Positions 8,807 through 17,976 of a stretch of DNA of 27,894 nt are shown piece by piece; the stretch's first letter is position 1; every line of letters begins with the position of its first letter. The position numbers and the translations under genes are program-made. The notes beneath the pieces are model-generated. The model was not told the DNA's origin. It did not search any database and saw only the letters and a program-made list of their open reading frames with translations. The stretch spans positions 1 to 27,894 of the forward strand of contig JAWBSP010000015.1 in the NCBI GenBank assembly GCA_038842485.1, in the 5' to 3' direction. This stretch comes from Candidatus Hadarchaeales archaeon (lineage in GTDB: Archaea > Hadarchaeota > Hadarchaeia > Hadarchaeales > JAWBSP01).

Positions 8807-9602
8807 CGATGACGACATGATCCACCCCCGGCGCGTAGCTCTTGACCACCCTCCTCCCCAGAATTCTCACGCTCCTTCCCCCCGCCGCCTCGCGGATCCT
8901 TTCCACCGGTCTTTCAAAGCCCAGCCTGCATGGAACGCTCTCGTGATAGTGGATGACCCCTCCCTCCGGTTTCAGGACCTCAAAAGCCAGGGGAAGGTAG
9001 AGGTGGGAAAAATGGAGGAGGCCTAGAATCACCCTGTCGGCCACCCCTCTGGGTGCCACTTCCCTGCAATTTCCAAGCAGGGGCGTGATTTTGTGTCCCA
9101 CCCTGTTCATCCTCACATTCTCGCAAAGGTAACCATACGCCACCGGGTTCAGCTCGATGGAGTACACCCTGGCGGGATTTGAGTGCTTAGCGATGGGAAC
9201 GCTGAACTGGCCCACGCCCGCGAAAAGATCCACCACCACCTCTCCCTCCCTCACGAGCCTGGGAAGGCGCATCCTCTCGTACAGGTTCCCCACACAGAAC
9301 AGAACCTTCGCGACATCCAGCTTGAAGAGGCATCCGTTCTCCCTGTGGACGGTCTCCGTACCGTCTCCCGCGAGAACCTCCACCCTCGGAACCCTCATCT
9401 CTCCCTCCGTTCCCTTCCAAAGAACCACCGTTTCTATCCCTCCCCTCCTCAAGAGGGCACCAGCCACCAAGCGCCCGCGGTGAAGGAGATCCTCGGGAAG
9501 ACGCAGAATGGCCACTCGGCCGATTACCTCGTATCCTCCCAGCCTCCGGAGCTCCCCCTCAGGCAGCACTCCTTGGAGAGCCCGCCTTAGGAACACGCCC
9601 AC
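8784..9602 (-). CDS. taw2: Trm5/Tyw2 (Met-10) family SAM-dependent tRNA modification enzyme, probably Taw2 aminocarboxypropyltransferase
   Basis: ETVHRENGCLFKLDVAKVLF..GNLYER, DLFAGVGQF, ELNP, ADRVILG, IHYHE. It lacks the Trm5 N-terminal D1 domain. Confidence 0.75.
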   Translation of the reverse strand: MGVFLRRALQGVLPEGELRRLGGYEVIGRVAILRLPEDLLHRGRLVAGALLRRGGIETVVLWKGTEGEMRVPRVEVLAGDGTETVHRENGCLFKLDVAKVLFCVGNLYERMRLPRLVREGEVVVDLFAGVGQFSVPIAKHSNPARVYSIELNPVAYGYLCENVRMNRVGHKITPLLGNCREVAPRGVADRVILGLLHFSHLYLPLAFEVLKPEGGVIHYHESVPCRLGFERPVERIREAAGGRSVRILGRRVVKSYAPGVDHVVIDAEVRPN

Positions 9603-10974
9603 GCCTTGGCTTCAGCCCAAGCGCTTGGAGCAATTTCCTGATTTGGGAGTTTATCTGGGCCTTGCTGGGCTTACCCTCGAAGGAGATTTTGGCCCCAGCC
9701 ATGTTCTGATGTCCTCCACCAAATTTGCCGAACGCTTCCGCGAAAATTTTGCCGAGGTGAAGGGAGCTGTCCTTCGTCCTCCCGGAAACCCTAACCTTAT
9801 CACCCAGCACGGCATACGCAATAACGGTGCTCACGCCCTCGGTGTCCTGCAGAAAATCTGCCACCTGCGAGACTGTGTCCTCCTCCTCCACTTCCCCCAC
9901 ATCGACCAGTAGGCAGGAGCCAATCATTTTCCTCCTCCTGATGGCGGAAACCAGTGCTGGCAGGAGCTTCTGGGAACGTGGGGGCTGCTGGATCACCCTG
10001 AGTCTCTGCGGGTCGGAGAGCTTCCTCAACTTCCAGTAAACCTCCAAATCGGTGGGCGTGGCGTTGGAAAGGTTGGAGGTGTCGGTGAGAATCCCGAGCG
10101 TGAGAGCCGACGCAAGAGCCGGGTCTGCCGGTATTCCAGCATACTCCAGATAGTTGGCCAGAATGGTCGAAGTGGCACCCACCGGAGCTATTTCCACGAA
10201 CCTGCCCGAAACCTCGCTAGGGGGAACCGAGTGGTGGTCTATGACGATGGTGGGGACAATCTCCCTAGGCAGGGCGCAGTAGGCCCTGCTGGCCACGTCA
10301 ACCAGAGCGAAGAGCGTGTAGTTCCTGAAGTTTATCTCCTCGGCCCTCAGCAGTTCAACCCCCAGCAGGTTGCACATGGCCCTATTCTGGGGATATCCCA
10401 TCTCGCCGTCGTAAGCTATGTCCGCGTCCAGCCCGAAGGATTTTGCATAGGTTTTTAAAGCAACCGAGCTGGCAATGGCATCTGGATCCGGATTGGTGTG
10501 GGTGAGGATGAGCATTCTCCCCCTCGCCTCCTTTACCAAACGTCTGAGACTCGCTTCCGACGCTCGCTCTCTTGACCTTTCTAACTCCCTGAAGACAGCC
10601 TCCCCCAGCGTTTGAGAAACTGGAACCACCCCTGTGGCTCCCAGTTTTTTCACCTCTCGCTCCAAAAAGAGATCCGGAACCAGCGCGAGAATCACCGGCT
10701 CCGCCTTCAGATCCCGTCTCACCTGCTCCACCGCCTCCAAAATCCCGAGGGTTTCATCGAAATCAAGTGAGGAGATAAACACCACTTTTGCCCGCTCAAT
10801 GCCCGCCCCTTGCAGAACGCTGGGGTCGCGTGGATCGCCAACTCTCACCGTCAGCTTCCTCAGCTCGGAGAGGCCTGTGGTGTCGGGACCCACCAGCACC
10901 ACTTCTGCCCCACCCCTCCTCAGCCTCTCCGCAACCTCATAGCTCAACTCATTGCACCCCAGAACGAGATACAT
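9559..10974 (-). CDS. TrkA-N (RCK) + DHH/DHHA1 phosphoesterase
   Basis: N-terminal Rossmann-like region (VLGC, GDPRDPSVLQGAGIERA); HTNPDPDA, IDHH, GILTDT, GGGH. Confidence 0.88.
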   Translation of the reverse strand: MYLVLGCNELSYEVAERLRRGGAEVVLVGPDTTGLSELRKLTVRVGDPRDPSVLQGAGIERAKVVFISSLDFDETLGILEAVEQVRRDLKAEPVILALVPDLFLEREVKKLGATGVVPVSQTLGEAVFRELERSRERASEASLRRLVKEARGRMLILTHTNPDPDAIASSVALKTYAKSFGLDADIAYDGEMGYPQNRAMCNLLGVELLRAEEINFRNYTLFALVDVASRAYCALPREIVPTIVIDHHSVPPSEVSGRFVEIAPVGATSTILANYLEYAGIPADPALASALTLGILTDTSNLSNATPTDLEVYWKLRKLSDPQRLRVIQQPPRSQKLLPALVSAIRRRKMIGSCLLVDVGEVEEEDTVSQVADFLQDTEGVSTVIAYAVLGDKVRVSGRTKDSSLHLGKIFAEAFGKFGGGHQNMAGAKISFEGKPSKAQINSQIRKLLQALGLKPRRGRVPKAGSPRSAA

Positions 10975-10988
10975 CTATCTCTCCCACC

Positions 10989-11966
10989 TCAAGATTTTGG
11001 CACGAGGTGTTCGAAGAGCCTGTTGACCAGCCATCCCCTAATCTCGAGCAGGGATCCCTCACCCGTGAAGCTTGCCGCCCCCGCGTGGCCACCTCCCGTT
11101 CCCTTGAAGTTCCTAGCCGCCTCCATCATGAGCTGACCAAGATTCAGGTGTGTGCGCTCGCAGAGCTCCGGCCTAGCCCTCGAGGAAACCCTCACGTGCC
11201 CCCCCTCTTCGGAACCCACAAACGCCAAATCCGCCCCTAGCTTCAGCAACGCAACGGCGGCGTCGGCTTCAAAGGAACCCACCTCCGAGAAAACCACCAG
11301 AAAGCCTTTTATCTCCTGTATCTCCGCCCGCTTGGCCGCCTTCAGCATGGCAATCCTCCTAGAAACCTCCTCGGGCAATCTGGTGAAACTCTGGGCGCGG
11401 CTGTAGGAGGCACCGAAACGAAGCAGCTCGGTGATGGCCTCAAAGGTCTGGTTCTTCGCCAGCCTGAGTTCAGCAGTGTCCGTTAGAATTCCTGCCAACA
11501 GAAGGGTAGCTTGGTCGGGGGTGGGCACCACGCCCAGCTCCTTCAGCAGCCTCAGAACGAGCTCCGCTTCAGAGGTGGAGGTTTCGTCTATGTATGCCAA
11601 GATTGCTCGCTCCCTTACTCCCTCCACGGGCAGGTGGTGATCCACCATCAGCAGCTTGGCTCCCCCTACCTTCTTCGAGAACTCCGCCCCCAGATGCTCG
11701 GGGCTGGAGGTGTCCAACAGCAAAATGTAGTCTGCATCAAAAGATGGGTTAGTGGGAATGCTTTTGCCCGCGCAGGAGAGAAGATGTTCGGCCAGCTTGC
11801 TGAGGCTCTGGCACCCCGACCAAGATCTCGCCCCCAAGGAGTTCAACACCTCGGAAACTACTATAACAGAGGCCACTCCATCCACATCCGCATTCTCGTG
11901 GCAAAGAACGAGAACTCTCTCCCCCTTCTTGCTTACTTCCTTCAGGAAGTCGGCTATGGCCTTCAT
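10989..11966 (-). CDS. DHH family phosphoesterase
   Basis: HENADVDG, LLDTS, VDHH, GILTDT, GGGHAGAA. Confidence 0.9.
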   Translation of the reverse strand: MKAIADFLKEVSKKGERVLVLCHENADVDGVASVIVVSEVLNSLGARSWSGCQSLSKLAEHLLSCAGKSIPTNPSFDADYILLLDTSSPEHLGAEFSKKVGGAKLLMVDHHLPVEGVRERAILAYIDETSTSEAELVLRLLKELGVVPTPDQATLLLAGILTDTAELRLAKNQTFEAITELLRFGASYSRAQSFTRLPEEVSRRIAMLKAAKRAEIQEIKGFLVVFSEVGSFEADAAVALLKLGADLAFVGSEEGGHVRVSSRARPELCERTHLNLGQLMMEAARNFKGTGGGHAGAASFTGEGSLLEIRGWLVNRLFEHLVPKS

Positions 11967-11975
11967 GCGTCACTT

Positions 11976-12326
11976 TCATCCCGGGCTGCTCTTCAGCATT
12001 TCCTGCAGTTTTTCCCTCATCTCTTGTAATCTCTCCACAAGCCTCTCCTCCTGCTTCGCTAGGACCCTCACTCTGAGCTCAAGCGTTTCCTTTTCTTCTT
12101 GCAGTTCCTTCTGAACCTCCTCCTTGGTGCGCCTGAAAAGCAGCCGTCCTGCCACCTTATAAACTGGAGTTTCCTCTCCAACCTTGGAGAGCTCCTCCAA
12201 AGCCTCCTCCGTCTCCACCAGAAAGCTTTGTAGCTGGGCCCTCTGAGCCGCTAGGGCCTGAGCCTGCTGCTGAGCCTGCTGAAGCTGCTCGAGCAGGTGC
12301 CGTGCCTGTGGGGAAATCTCATTCAA
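11976..12326 (-). CDS. pfdB: prefoldin beta subunit
   Basis: Coiled coils flanking the VYKVAGRLLF hairpin; SD GGAGGTGA before the TTG start. Confidence 0.95.
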   Translation of the reverse strand: MNEISPQARHLLEQLQQAQQQAQALAAQRAQLQSFLVETEEALEELSKVGEETPVYKVAGRLLFRRTKEEVQKELQEEKETLELRVRVLAKQEERLVERLQEMREKLQEMLKSSPG

Positions 12327-12573
12327 CCGATATCACCTCCGTCGCCATCTTCACCCAAGAAAGAGTAGAATTCAGGGTAGCCCTCAACATGCCCTTGTCT
12401 CTTCCCCTCACCAAGATCCAGAGAGTCTTCCCCTCAAGTTTAATCTTAACCTCGGCCCCAGGGAGTTCCGCTTCCGGCAGCAAGGAATGGTACACACACT
12501 CCGCACTCCTCCGGCTGTTGAACTGGATTTCGACTTCCCCCCTCGCTGGAAAAACTCGGATCCCACGGCTCAT
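12319..12573 (-). CDS. pcc1: KEOPS complex subunit Pcc1
   Basis: SLLPE and D..MLRATLNSTLSWV motifs; conserved position before pfdB. Confidence 0.85.
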   Translation of the reverse strand: MSRGIRVFPARGEVEIQFNSRRSAECVYHSLLPEAELPGAEVKIKLEGKTLWILVRGRDKGMLRATLNSTLSWVKMATEVISVE

Positions 12574-12727
12574 TAATTTTGCAGAATCCCGTTTTTAACT
12601 TTACCGCCGCTGGGGGGAGGGGATGAAAGGGGAACGATATATGTTTATCGGGGGGTGCACCGGAATGACACGGGCCTAATGCTCCACCTTGAGGACCAAA
12701 ACCGAACTTCAAGGTCCTTGCAGGTAG

Positions 12728-13024
12728 CTAGATGGCCTTAACAGTTTTCACCATTCTCCTCCGCAGCTTGTATATTATCCTCTGACCGCAGTAGAGACAC
12801 CTCGGGCTGAGCAGTTCCTCCCTTGACTCCTTGGTAAAAAGGAGGATGGATCCACAGCCCCTGCAGGTTACCCTCCCGCTAGAGAGATTCTCTTTGCTCA
12901 GAGGAACTTTGGTCGAGCAGTGCCTGCACTTCACAAAACTTTCCTTTTGCTCGGTCTCGGAAAGAGACATTAGCACAAAGGAGCGCCCGCAATTTTTGCA
13001 GCCGTAGCTACTCCACTCGAACAT
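12728..13024 (-). CDS. rpoP: DNA-directed RNA polymerase subunit P (Rpo12), extended with an extra zinc ribbon
   Basis: YGCKNCG N-terminus and RCLYCGQRIIYKLR..VKTVKAI C-terminus; TGATG coupling to rpl37ae; 98 aa with four CxxC. Confidence 0.88.
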   Translation of the reverse strand: MFEWSSYGCKNCGRSFVLMSLSETEQKESFVKCRHCSTKVPLSKENLSSGRVTCRGCGSILLFTKESREELLSPRCLYCGQRIIYKLRRRMVKTVKAI

Positions 13025-13242
13025 CAGGAAGGTGGCTCGTAAGCTCCCCCGGCAAACTTGACCCCGCAGTACCGGCAGATCCAGATCCCGGTTCCACCCC
13101 TCTTCAGGGCCTTCTGCCTGCAGTTGGGACAGTTGTGCCAGCCGCTTGCCTTCACTTTAACTTCTAGGAACTCTCTCCTCACCCGGAGCCCATATCTCGG
13201 ACCGAAACTTCCGGCTGCCCCCACTTTCTTCTTCCTTCCCAT
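13024..13242 (-). CDS. rpl37ae: 50S ribosomal protein L37Ae (eL43)
   Basis: KKVGAAGSFGPRYG, CPNC..GTGIWICRYC..FAGGAYEP. Confidence 0.97.
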   Translation of the reverse strand: MGRKKKVGAAGSFGPRYGLRVRREFLEVKVKASGWHNCPNCRQKALKRGGTGIWICRYCGVKFAGGAYEPPS

Positions 13243-14012
13243 CAGCCCAGCACCTTCCTGAGTTCCTCCGCGCAGGAGAAGGCTAGTTCCTCGGCTCTTA
13301 ACACCTCTTCCTTCTCTAGAAAACCGCTGCCTCCCTTTTGTATGGCCGAAATCACGCCGTCCTCCCTGATGCAGAAGGTGATTCTAGAATCCATGGCTTC
13401 CTCCTCCTCGAGCGAGGGATCCGCTAAAAGGGAGTTTCCAAGCTTCGCCACCGTCACCGAAACCGGTTTGTGCTTCAGCGAAAAATCCTTCTTCCACGCC
13501 GGATCATCCACTCCCTTCATGTTGAGAAGTGCCGCAACGGAGGCGAGCATGGAGGCATCTATAAGGTTTCCCGCATGATCCAACACATGTATGTCAACGT
13601 AGATCACCCAGACCTCCTTTCCAGGCTCCACGCAGAGCTCGCGGAAATCCAAACACTTAGATTCCCTGAGCCCCCTATCCACCACCCTTGACAACTCTAT
13701 GGAATTCTCGTCTGGAGGACCGGGCTCAAACGTGGGGGACGCTAGGGGACGGAGTTCCGCCCCCACTATCAAGGCACCCTCGTCCGGTGAGTCGGGGAAG
13801 GGCGGCATTTTCTTCGGCTTGACGCCCACGAGAACGGCAGTTTCTCCCAGCCTCACCAGTGCTGAGCCCTCGGCCGACTTTATGGTTCCGACCTCCACCG
13901 AGAGCGGGCGGTACTGGGTCGGGGTCCTCCCATCCACCCTCTTCCCCTGCTCCACGAGTCTCAGGAGGCTCTCCCTCTTCAAAAGCGAGATGACCCTCTC
14001 CTTTTCCATCAT
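13242..14012 (-). CDS. rrp42: exosome complex component Rrp42
   Basis: [47 protein letters not shown]. Confidence 0.96.
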   Translation of the reverse strand: MMEKERVISLLKRESLLRLVEQGKRVDGRTPTQYRPLSVEVGTIKSAEGSALVRLGETAVLVGVKPKKMPPFPDSPDEGALIVGAELRPLASPTFEPGPPDENSIELSRVVDRGLRESKCLDFRELCVEPGKEVWVIYVDIHVLDHAGNLIDASMLASVAALLNMKGVDDPAWKKDFSLKHKPVSVTVAKLGNSLLADPSLEEEEAMDSRITFCIREDGVISAIQKGGSGFLEKEEVLRAEELAFSCAEELRKVLG

Positions 14013-14731
14013 TCTCCCACCTTCAAAGAAGCATACTTCTCCTTCAGAGCCTGCTTCTGGAGCTCATAGAGCTGCTCGCAACCCTTGGTGGCTAGCTCCA
14101 GCGCCTTCCTGAACTCCTCCCTAGTGAGCTCTCCATCCATCTGCAGCAGGGTGATGCGCCTGTCTCTCCCCGTCATGGCCACAGGCATGTCTGTCTCCCC
14201 GTTCTGGTCCTCCTCACTGTTTAGATCCAAAACCAAGGTTCCGTCCACCTTCCCCACCGACACTCCTGAGACAAGATCTCGGATGGGTATCCCCGCGTCG
14301 GCCAAAGCCACCGAGCTTGCCGTCACTCCCGCCACCCTAGTTCCCGCATCCGCCTGCAGCACCTCGATGTAAAGATCGATGACCGACCTGGGGTAAAGGT
14401 TCAGAAAGAGGACCGGCTCGAGTGCCTCCCTCACCACCTTGGAAATCTCCATCGACCTTCGATCAAAACCTGGCTTCTTCCTCTCCGGAACCGAGAAGGG
14501 TGCCATGTTGTACCTGCACCTCAGAGTGGCTGCCTCAGGCTGCTGCAGGTGTCTGGGGTGGAGTTCCTGGGGACCGTAGACCGCCACAAGAATCTTGTTC
14601 TCTCCCATCTCGATGTAAGCTGAGCCATCCGCACGCTTCAACACCCCTACTTTCAGCTTCACAGGCCTCAGCTCGTCGGGGGCCCTACCGTCCAGCCTCT
14701 TCCCGTCGACTATGAGTCTCTTCCCCTGCAT
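14009..14731 (-). CDS. rrp41: exosome complex exonuclease Rrp41
   Basis: [40 protein letters not shown]. Confidence 0.97.
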   Translation of the reverse strand: MQGKRLIVDGKRLDGRAPDELRPVKLKVGVLKRADGSAYIEMGENKILVAVYGPQELHPRHLQQPEAATLRCRYNMAPFSVPERKKPGFDRRSMEISKVVREALEPVLFLNLYPRSVIDLYIEVLQADAGTRVAGVTASSVALADAGIPIRDLVSGVSVGKVDGTLVLDLNSEEDQNGETDMPVAMTGRDRRITLLQMDGELTREEFRKALELATKGCEQLYELQKQALKEKYASLKVGE

Positions 14732-15410
14732 GTAGCTTCTTCTCCAAGAAGGCTTTAACCCTGTCCGTAAGCCCCCCGGTGTGCGCCTCCCTCTCTATCA
14801 TGCGAATGGCCTCCACGAGGGGGGCGACCTTCTCCTGCGGACCCAGTATCACAATTCTCCCATTCTGCCCAACCCTCAGAGTACAACCTGTAACGGACTG
14901 AATCATGCTGATCATCGACCTGTGCCTTCCAATTACTCTGGGAATCTTTACGGGGGTAATCTCCACCAGCCATCCACCCCTAAGCTTCCCATACCCCGGC
15001 CCCCTTGCTTCCAATCCCACCCTCCTCATCGGAGTTACTTCCGTCACCCTCGCGAAGAGGAGGTCCCCAATCGCTAGGTGAGAGCTCAAATCCACCCTAA
15101 AAACATCCACCTTTCCCAGCAGGTCCCATGCGAACAGGTTTCCCTCGTACGGAGAGTTGAGATCGATAATCCAGCCGTGCGGGTGGCGGTCGGTCACCAC
15201 CCCGATTACATCATCCCCCACGGTGGGCTCATAGCAACCCTCAAGAGCTATGACTCCCACCTCCTTTTCACCCACCCTTGCAAGTCCCACAACAGAGGAG
15301 TAAATCCTTTTCCCTTCCCTGTAAGCCCCCTTCCCCGCCCTCAGCTCCCCCTCAGCCAGCAACTGCCCGGGGACCACCAGCTCCCTGTTCTGGACACAAA
15401 TCACTGGCAC
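14685..15410 (-). CDS. rrp4: exosome RNA-binding protein Rrp4
   Basis: VVPGQLL, S1 domain (GDDVIG), KH domain (KIPRVIG, VGQNGRI), [10 protein letters not shown]. Confidence 0.95.
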   Translation of the reverse strand: MPVICVQNRELVVPGQLLAEGELRAGKGAYREGKRIYSSVVGLARVGEKEVGVIALEGCYEPTVGDDVIGVVTDRHPHGWIIDLNSPYEGNLFAWDLLGKVDVFRVDLSSHLAIGDLLFARVTEVTPMRRVGLEARGPGYGKLRGGWLVEITPVKIPRVIGRHRSMISMIQSVTGCTLRVGQNGRIVILGPQEKVAPLVEAIRMIEREAHTGGLTDRVKAFLEKKLHAGEETHSRREEAGR

Positions 15411-16093
15411 ACCCTTACTTGGGCCTCCCCTTTGGTTAACTGGTTCACCTTCTCGAAGAACTCCGCTTGGAGAGCGGCTGGAATCTCAATTTCCACCCTC
15501 AGACTTCCGTCTTGGAGCCACTCCTCCCGGCATGGTTTGTAAGCCTTAAGTGCGCCGTATGCCTTGGCAGCATGCTGGGCCGGAACTTTTATTTCAATCC
15601 TTCTCATCTCCACGCTGATCGGCAGAACCGAGGAAAGGGATCTGAGAATCGCCGGTAGCTGCTCCTCGGCACTCTTGAACTCATCAATTTTCACCTTGGC
15701 CTGCTCGAGCGCAGCCTCTATCCTTGAGGGTGGATGAGGGGTGCCGGTCTGGGGGTTCACCGCCCTCTTTGAGATGAGGGAAACGATTTGCCTGAGCTTC
15801 TCCTCCCTCATCCTCCTCCTCATCTCAGTGGTCAGCTGAACCTGTCCCCTCTTGACGATCTCCTCCGCCACCTTCAGTACGTCCGTAGTCTGGAAGACCT
15901 CCTCAAGGGATTTTCTCGGGACCTCCTCCCCCTTTCTGGCATCCTTGAAAATTCGCTCAACCGCCAGCATCTCGCGTATGTTGACCTGTTTTCCCTGCTT
16001 GAGAGCCAGTGCCAGTTCTGGGTCCACTAGTATCTCAAAGCTCGCCCCTTGAACCTCGGCTCTTGCTATGACTGCCTCCTCCAGCCTCACCAT
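15401..16093 (-). CDS. sdo1: ribosome maturation factor SBDS/Sdo1
   Basis: AVIAR..FEILVDP, IFKDARKG, GQVQLT, NPQTGTPHPPSRIE. Confidence 0.96.
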   Translation of the reverse strand: MVRLEEAVIARAEVQGASFEILVDPELALALKQGKQVNIREMLAVERIFKDARKGEEVPRKSLEEVFQTTDVLKVAEEIVKRGQVQLTTEMRRRMREEKLRQIVSLISKRAVNPQTGTPHPPSRIEAALEQAKVKIDEFKSAEEQLPAILRSLSSVLPISVEMRRIEIKVPAQHAAKAYGALKAYKPCREEWLQDGSLRVEIEIPAALQAEFFEKVNQLTKGEAQVRVCQ

Positions 16094-16101
16094 ACTTTCA
16101 C

Positions 16102-16812
16102 CTACTTGACCTGTTGTAGATATTTGGAGAGTTCCTCCTTGGTGAGCATGCGAAATCTCTTGGTCTCAACCGGGATGACCGCCATCTCCAGGGTGTCGGG
16201 GCTCAGCTCCTCCACGGCAAGCTTCATAACTTTGAGGGCCAGCACCACCGCCTCGTCCAGACTCAGTTCTTCCCGGTAAAGCCTCTCCAGGGCTTCCGTT
16301 ACGGTATCCGCACCAGCCCCTATTGCGTGGGCCTTGTAGTTCGCCACCGCTCCGCTGGGGTCGGTCTCGTAGAGCTGGGGTTTCACGTCCACCCCCCCAA
16401 CCAGAAGCCTTACACCGAAGGGCCTGACCCCGCCGTGCTGGGTGTAGAGCTGAGCTATGTCACCCAGGTATTTGGCGAGCGCTGCCACCGAGATGGGCTC
16501 CTCGTATCTCAGACGGTTGAGCTGGGCCTCCACCCTAGCAGCCTCTACCAGTACCCTCGCATCGGCGATGAGTCCTGAAGCAGCTACCCCAATGTGCTCG
16601 TCTATTTCAAAGATTTTCTCAACCGAAACCTCCTCAAGCAACTTCCCCTTCTTCTTCTCACCAGCCAAAACCACCCCGCTGGAAACCTTGATTCCCAGGG
16701 CCGTGAGCCCACGCTTCACCGCCTCCTGAGCGTACTGCACCTGGAAAAGCTTGCCATCTGGGCTGAAGACCGTTATCGCCCTATCGTAGCCAGCTGCAGG
16801 GGGAAACATCAT
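16102..16812 (-). CDS. psmA: proteasome subunit alpha
   Basis: YDRAITVFSPDGKLFQVQYA, SGLIADAR, GGVRPFG, ETDPSG. Confidence 0.97.
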   Translation of the reverse strand: MMFPPAAGYDRAITVFSPDGKLFQVQYAQEAVKRGLTALGIKVSSGVVLAGEKKKGKLLEEVSVEKIFEIDEHIGVAASGLIADARVLVEAARVEAQLNRLRYEEPISVAALAKYLGDIAQLYTQHGGVRPFGVRLLVGGVDVKPQLYETDPSGAVANYKAHAIGAGADTVTEALERLYREELSLDEAVVLALKVMKLAVEELSPDTLEMAVIPVETKRFRMLTKEELSKYLQQVK

Positions 16813-16834
16813 TACTGGTATTCCCCGGCTACAT

Positions 16835-17095
16835 TTAACCGCAGAGAAACTTCTGCCTTGCCTTCCTCAGGGTTCCAGAGACACCCCTCACCTGAGCCCC
16901 CATCCCGGCCAGCTCCTTCTTTACGAGCTCCAAGTCCAGATGCGCACACCGAAAAACGCCCACCTCCCCCGAGTGACTGATGGGCTTCAAAAAGTGGGGA
17001 TAAGAAAGGCGGGACCTCAGGGTGGCGTAAACTGTGTCAGGATCCCCCTTGAAGCGGAAGACCACGTACCTATTTCTCAGCTTTCTCGGCTTCAA
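16835..17095 (-). CDS. rnp2: RNase P protein component 2 (Pop5/Rpp14), short form
   Basis: RNRYVVF..GVFRC..GVSGTLRKA; located before psmA. Confidence 0.85.
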   Translation of the reverse strand: MKPRKLRNRYVVFRFKGDPDTVYATLRSRLSYPHFLKPISHSGEVGVFRCAHLDLELVKKELAGMGAQVRGVSGTLRKARQKFLCG

Positions 17096-17510
17096 GAAGC
17101 TGCCGTCTGATTTCTTCTTGTGGGGAAGGGGAGATCCACTCCGCCCTCAGCCTCACGTGAATGGCATCCCCTCCCTCGGTGAGAGAGATCCTCCCCTGAG
17201 AGGCGAGCTGCTTGTCCAGTCTTAGGTAAAGCGTGCACCCCTCCATCCTCTCCTCCAGTCCCTCAAGGAGTTCCCTCAGTTGCTCCCTTGGAAGTCCCCT
17301 CAAGACCGCACCCCACATCTCCTCCACTTTCCCCGGATCGGTGATTCTTGCATCGAGAGTCAATATGGGGTTCCCAAAATGTCCCCTCAAGCTACCCCTC
17401 ACCAGCCCCGAACCCGGCGGGAGAAGGGAGAGTAGAGCACCTTTCACCTTCTCCTCGTCCTCGGTGGCATGAACGAAGACCCTTACTGAAGCCTCCCTGA
17501 AGAGCCTCAC
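17070..17510 (-). CDS. DUF54 family predicted RNA-binding protein
   Basis: [23 protein letters not shown]. Confidence 0.9.
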   Translation of the reverse strand: MRLFREASVRVFVHATEDEEKVKGALLSLLPPGSGLVRGSLRGHFGNPILTLDARITDPGKVEEMWGAVLRGLPREQLRELLEGLEERMEGCTLYLRLDKQLASQGRISLTEGGDAIHVRLRAEWISPSPQEEIRRQLLEAEKAEK

Positions 17511-17974
17511 CTGACCAAACCCCTCGCCTTCCTCCCGGCTGAGGTGAGGCCCCTGAAGACCCTGCCCCGCTGCAACTTGGAAAGCTGCGGGTCCGAGAGA
17601 ATAACGGGGTGGTGCGGATCTACCAGAATGACCTCATAATACTTGTACCTTCCATCCTCCCCCACATAGTAGGAGTTCAGGACCTCCAGGTTGGGGAATT
17701 TCCTGGCTGCCCTCTCCTCCGCCATCCACTGGATGCTCTTCTTGGGAGTGAGCTTCAGCACGCCCATCCGCTTCGGTCTCCTCCCCCTCGACGGTCTCTC
17801 CCTCCTTCTCCCACCCCTCCTCACCCTAACCCTGACCACCACCACACCCTGCTTGGCTTTGTATCCCAGCTCCCTGGCCCTCTTGAGCTTGGTCGGCTTG
17901 GGAATTCGCACCACGCTCGGACCCTCCCTCCACTTGACCATCCTATCCACAGGCACGGACCGCTGCCCCTGCAT
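17507..17974 (-). CDS. rpl15e: 50S ribosomal protein L15e (eL15), compact form
   Basis: [48 protein letters not shown]. Confidence 0.96.
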   Translation of the reverse strand: MQGQRSVPVDRMVKWREGPSVVRIPKPTKLKRARELGYKAKQGVVVVRVRVRRGGRRRERPSRGRRPKRMGVLKLTPKKSIQWMAEERAARKFPNLEVLNSYYVGEDGRYKYYEVILVDPHHPVILSDPQLSKLQRGRVFRGLTSAGRKARGLVR

Positions 17975-17976
17975 TT

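Noticed and set aside
12613-12624. 12-nt match (GGGGGAGGGGAT) to the tRNA-Leu 3' region as a possible att site
   Set aside because: Short and low-complexity, no integrase is present, and the enclosed region is core genes.
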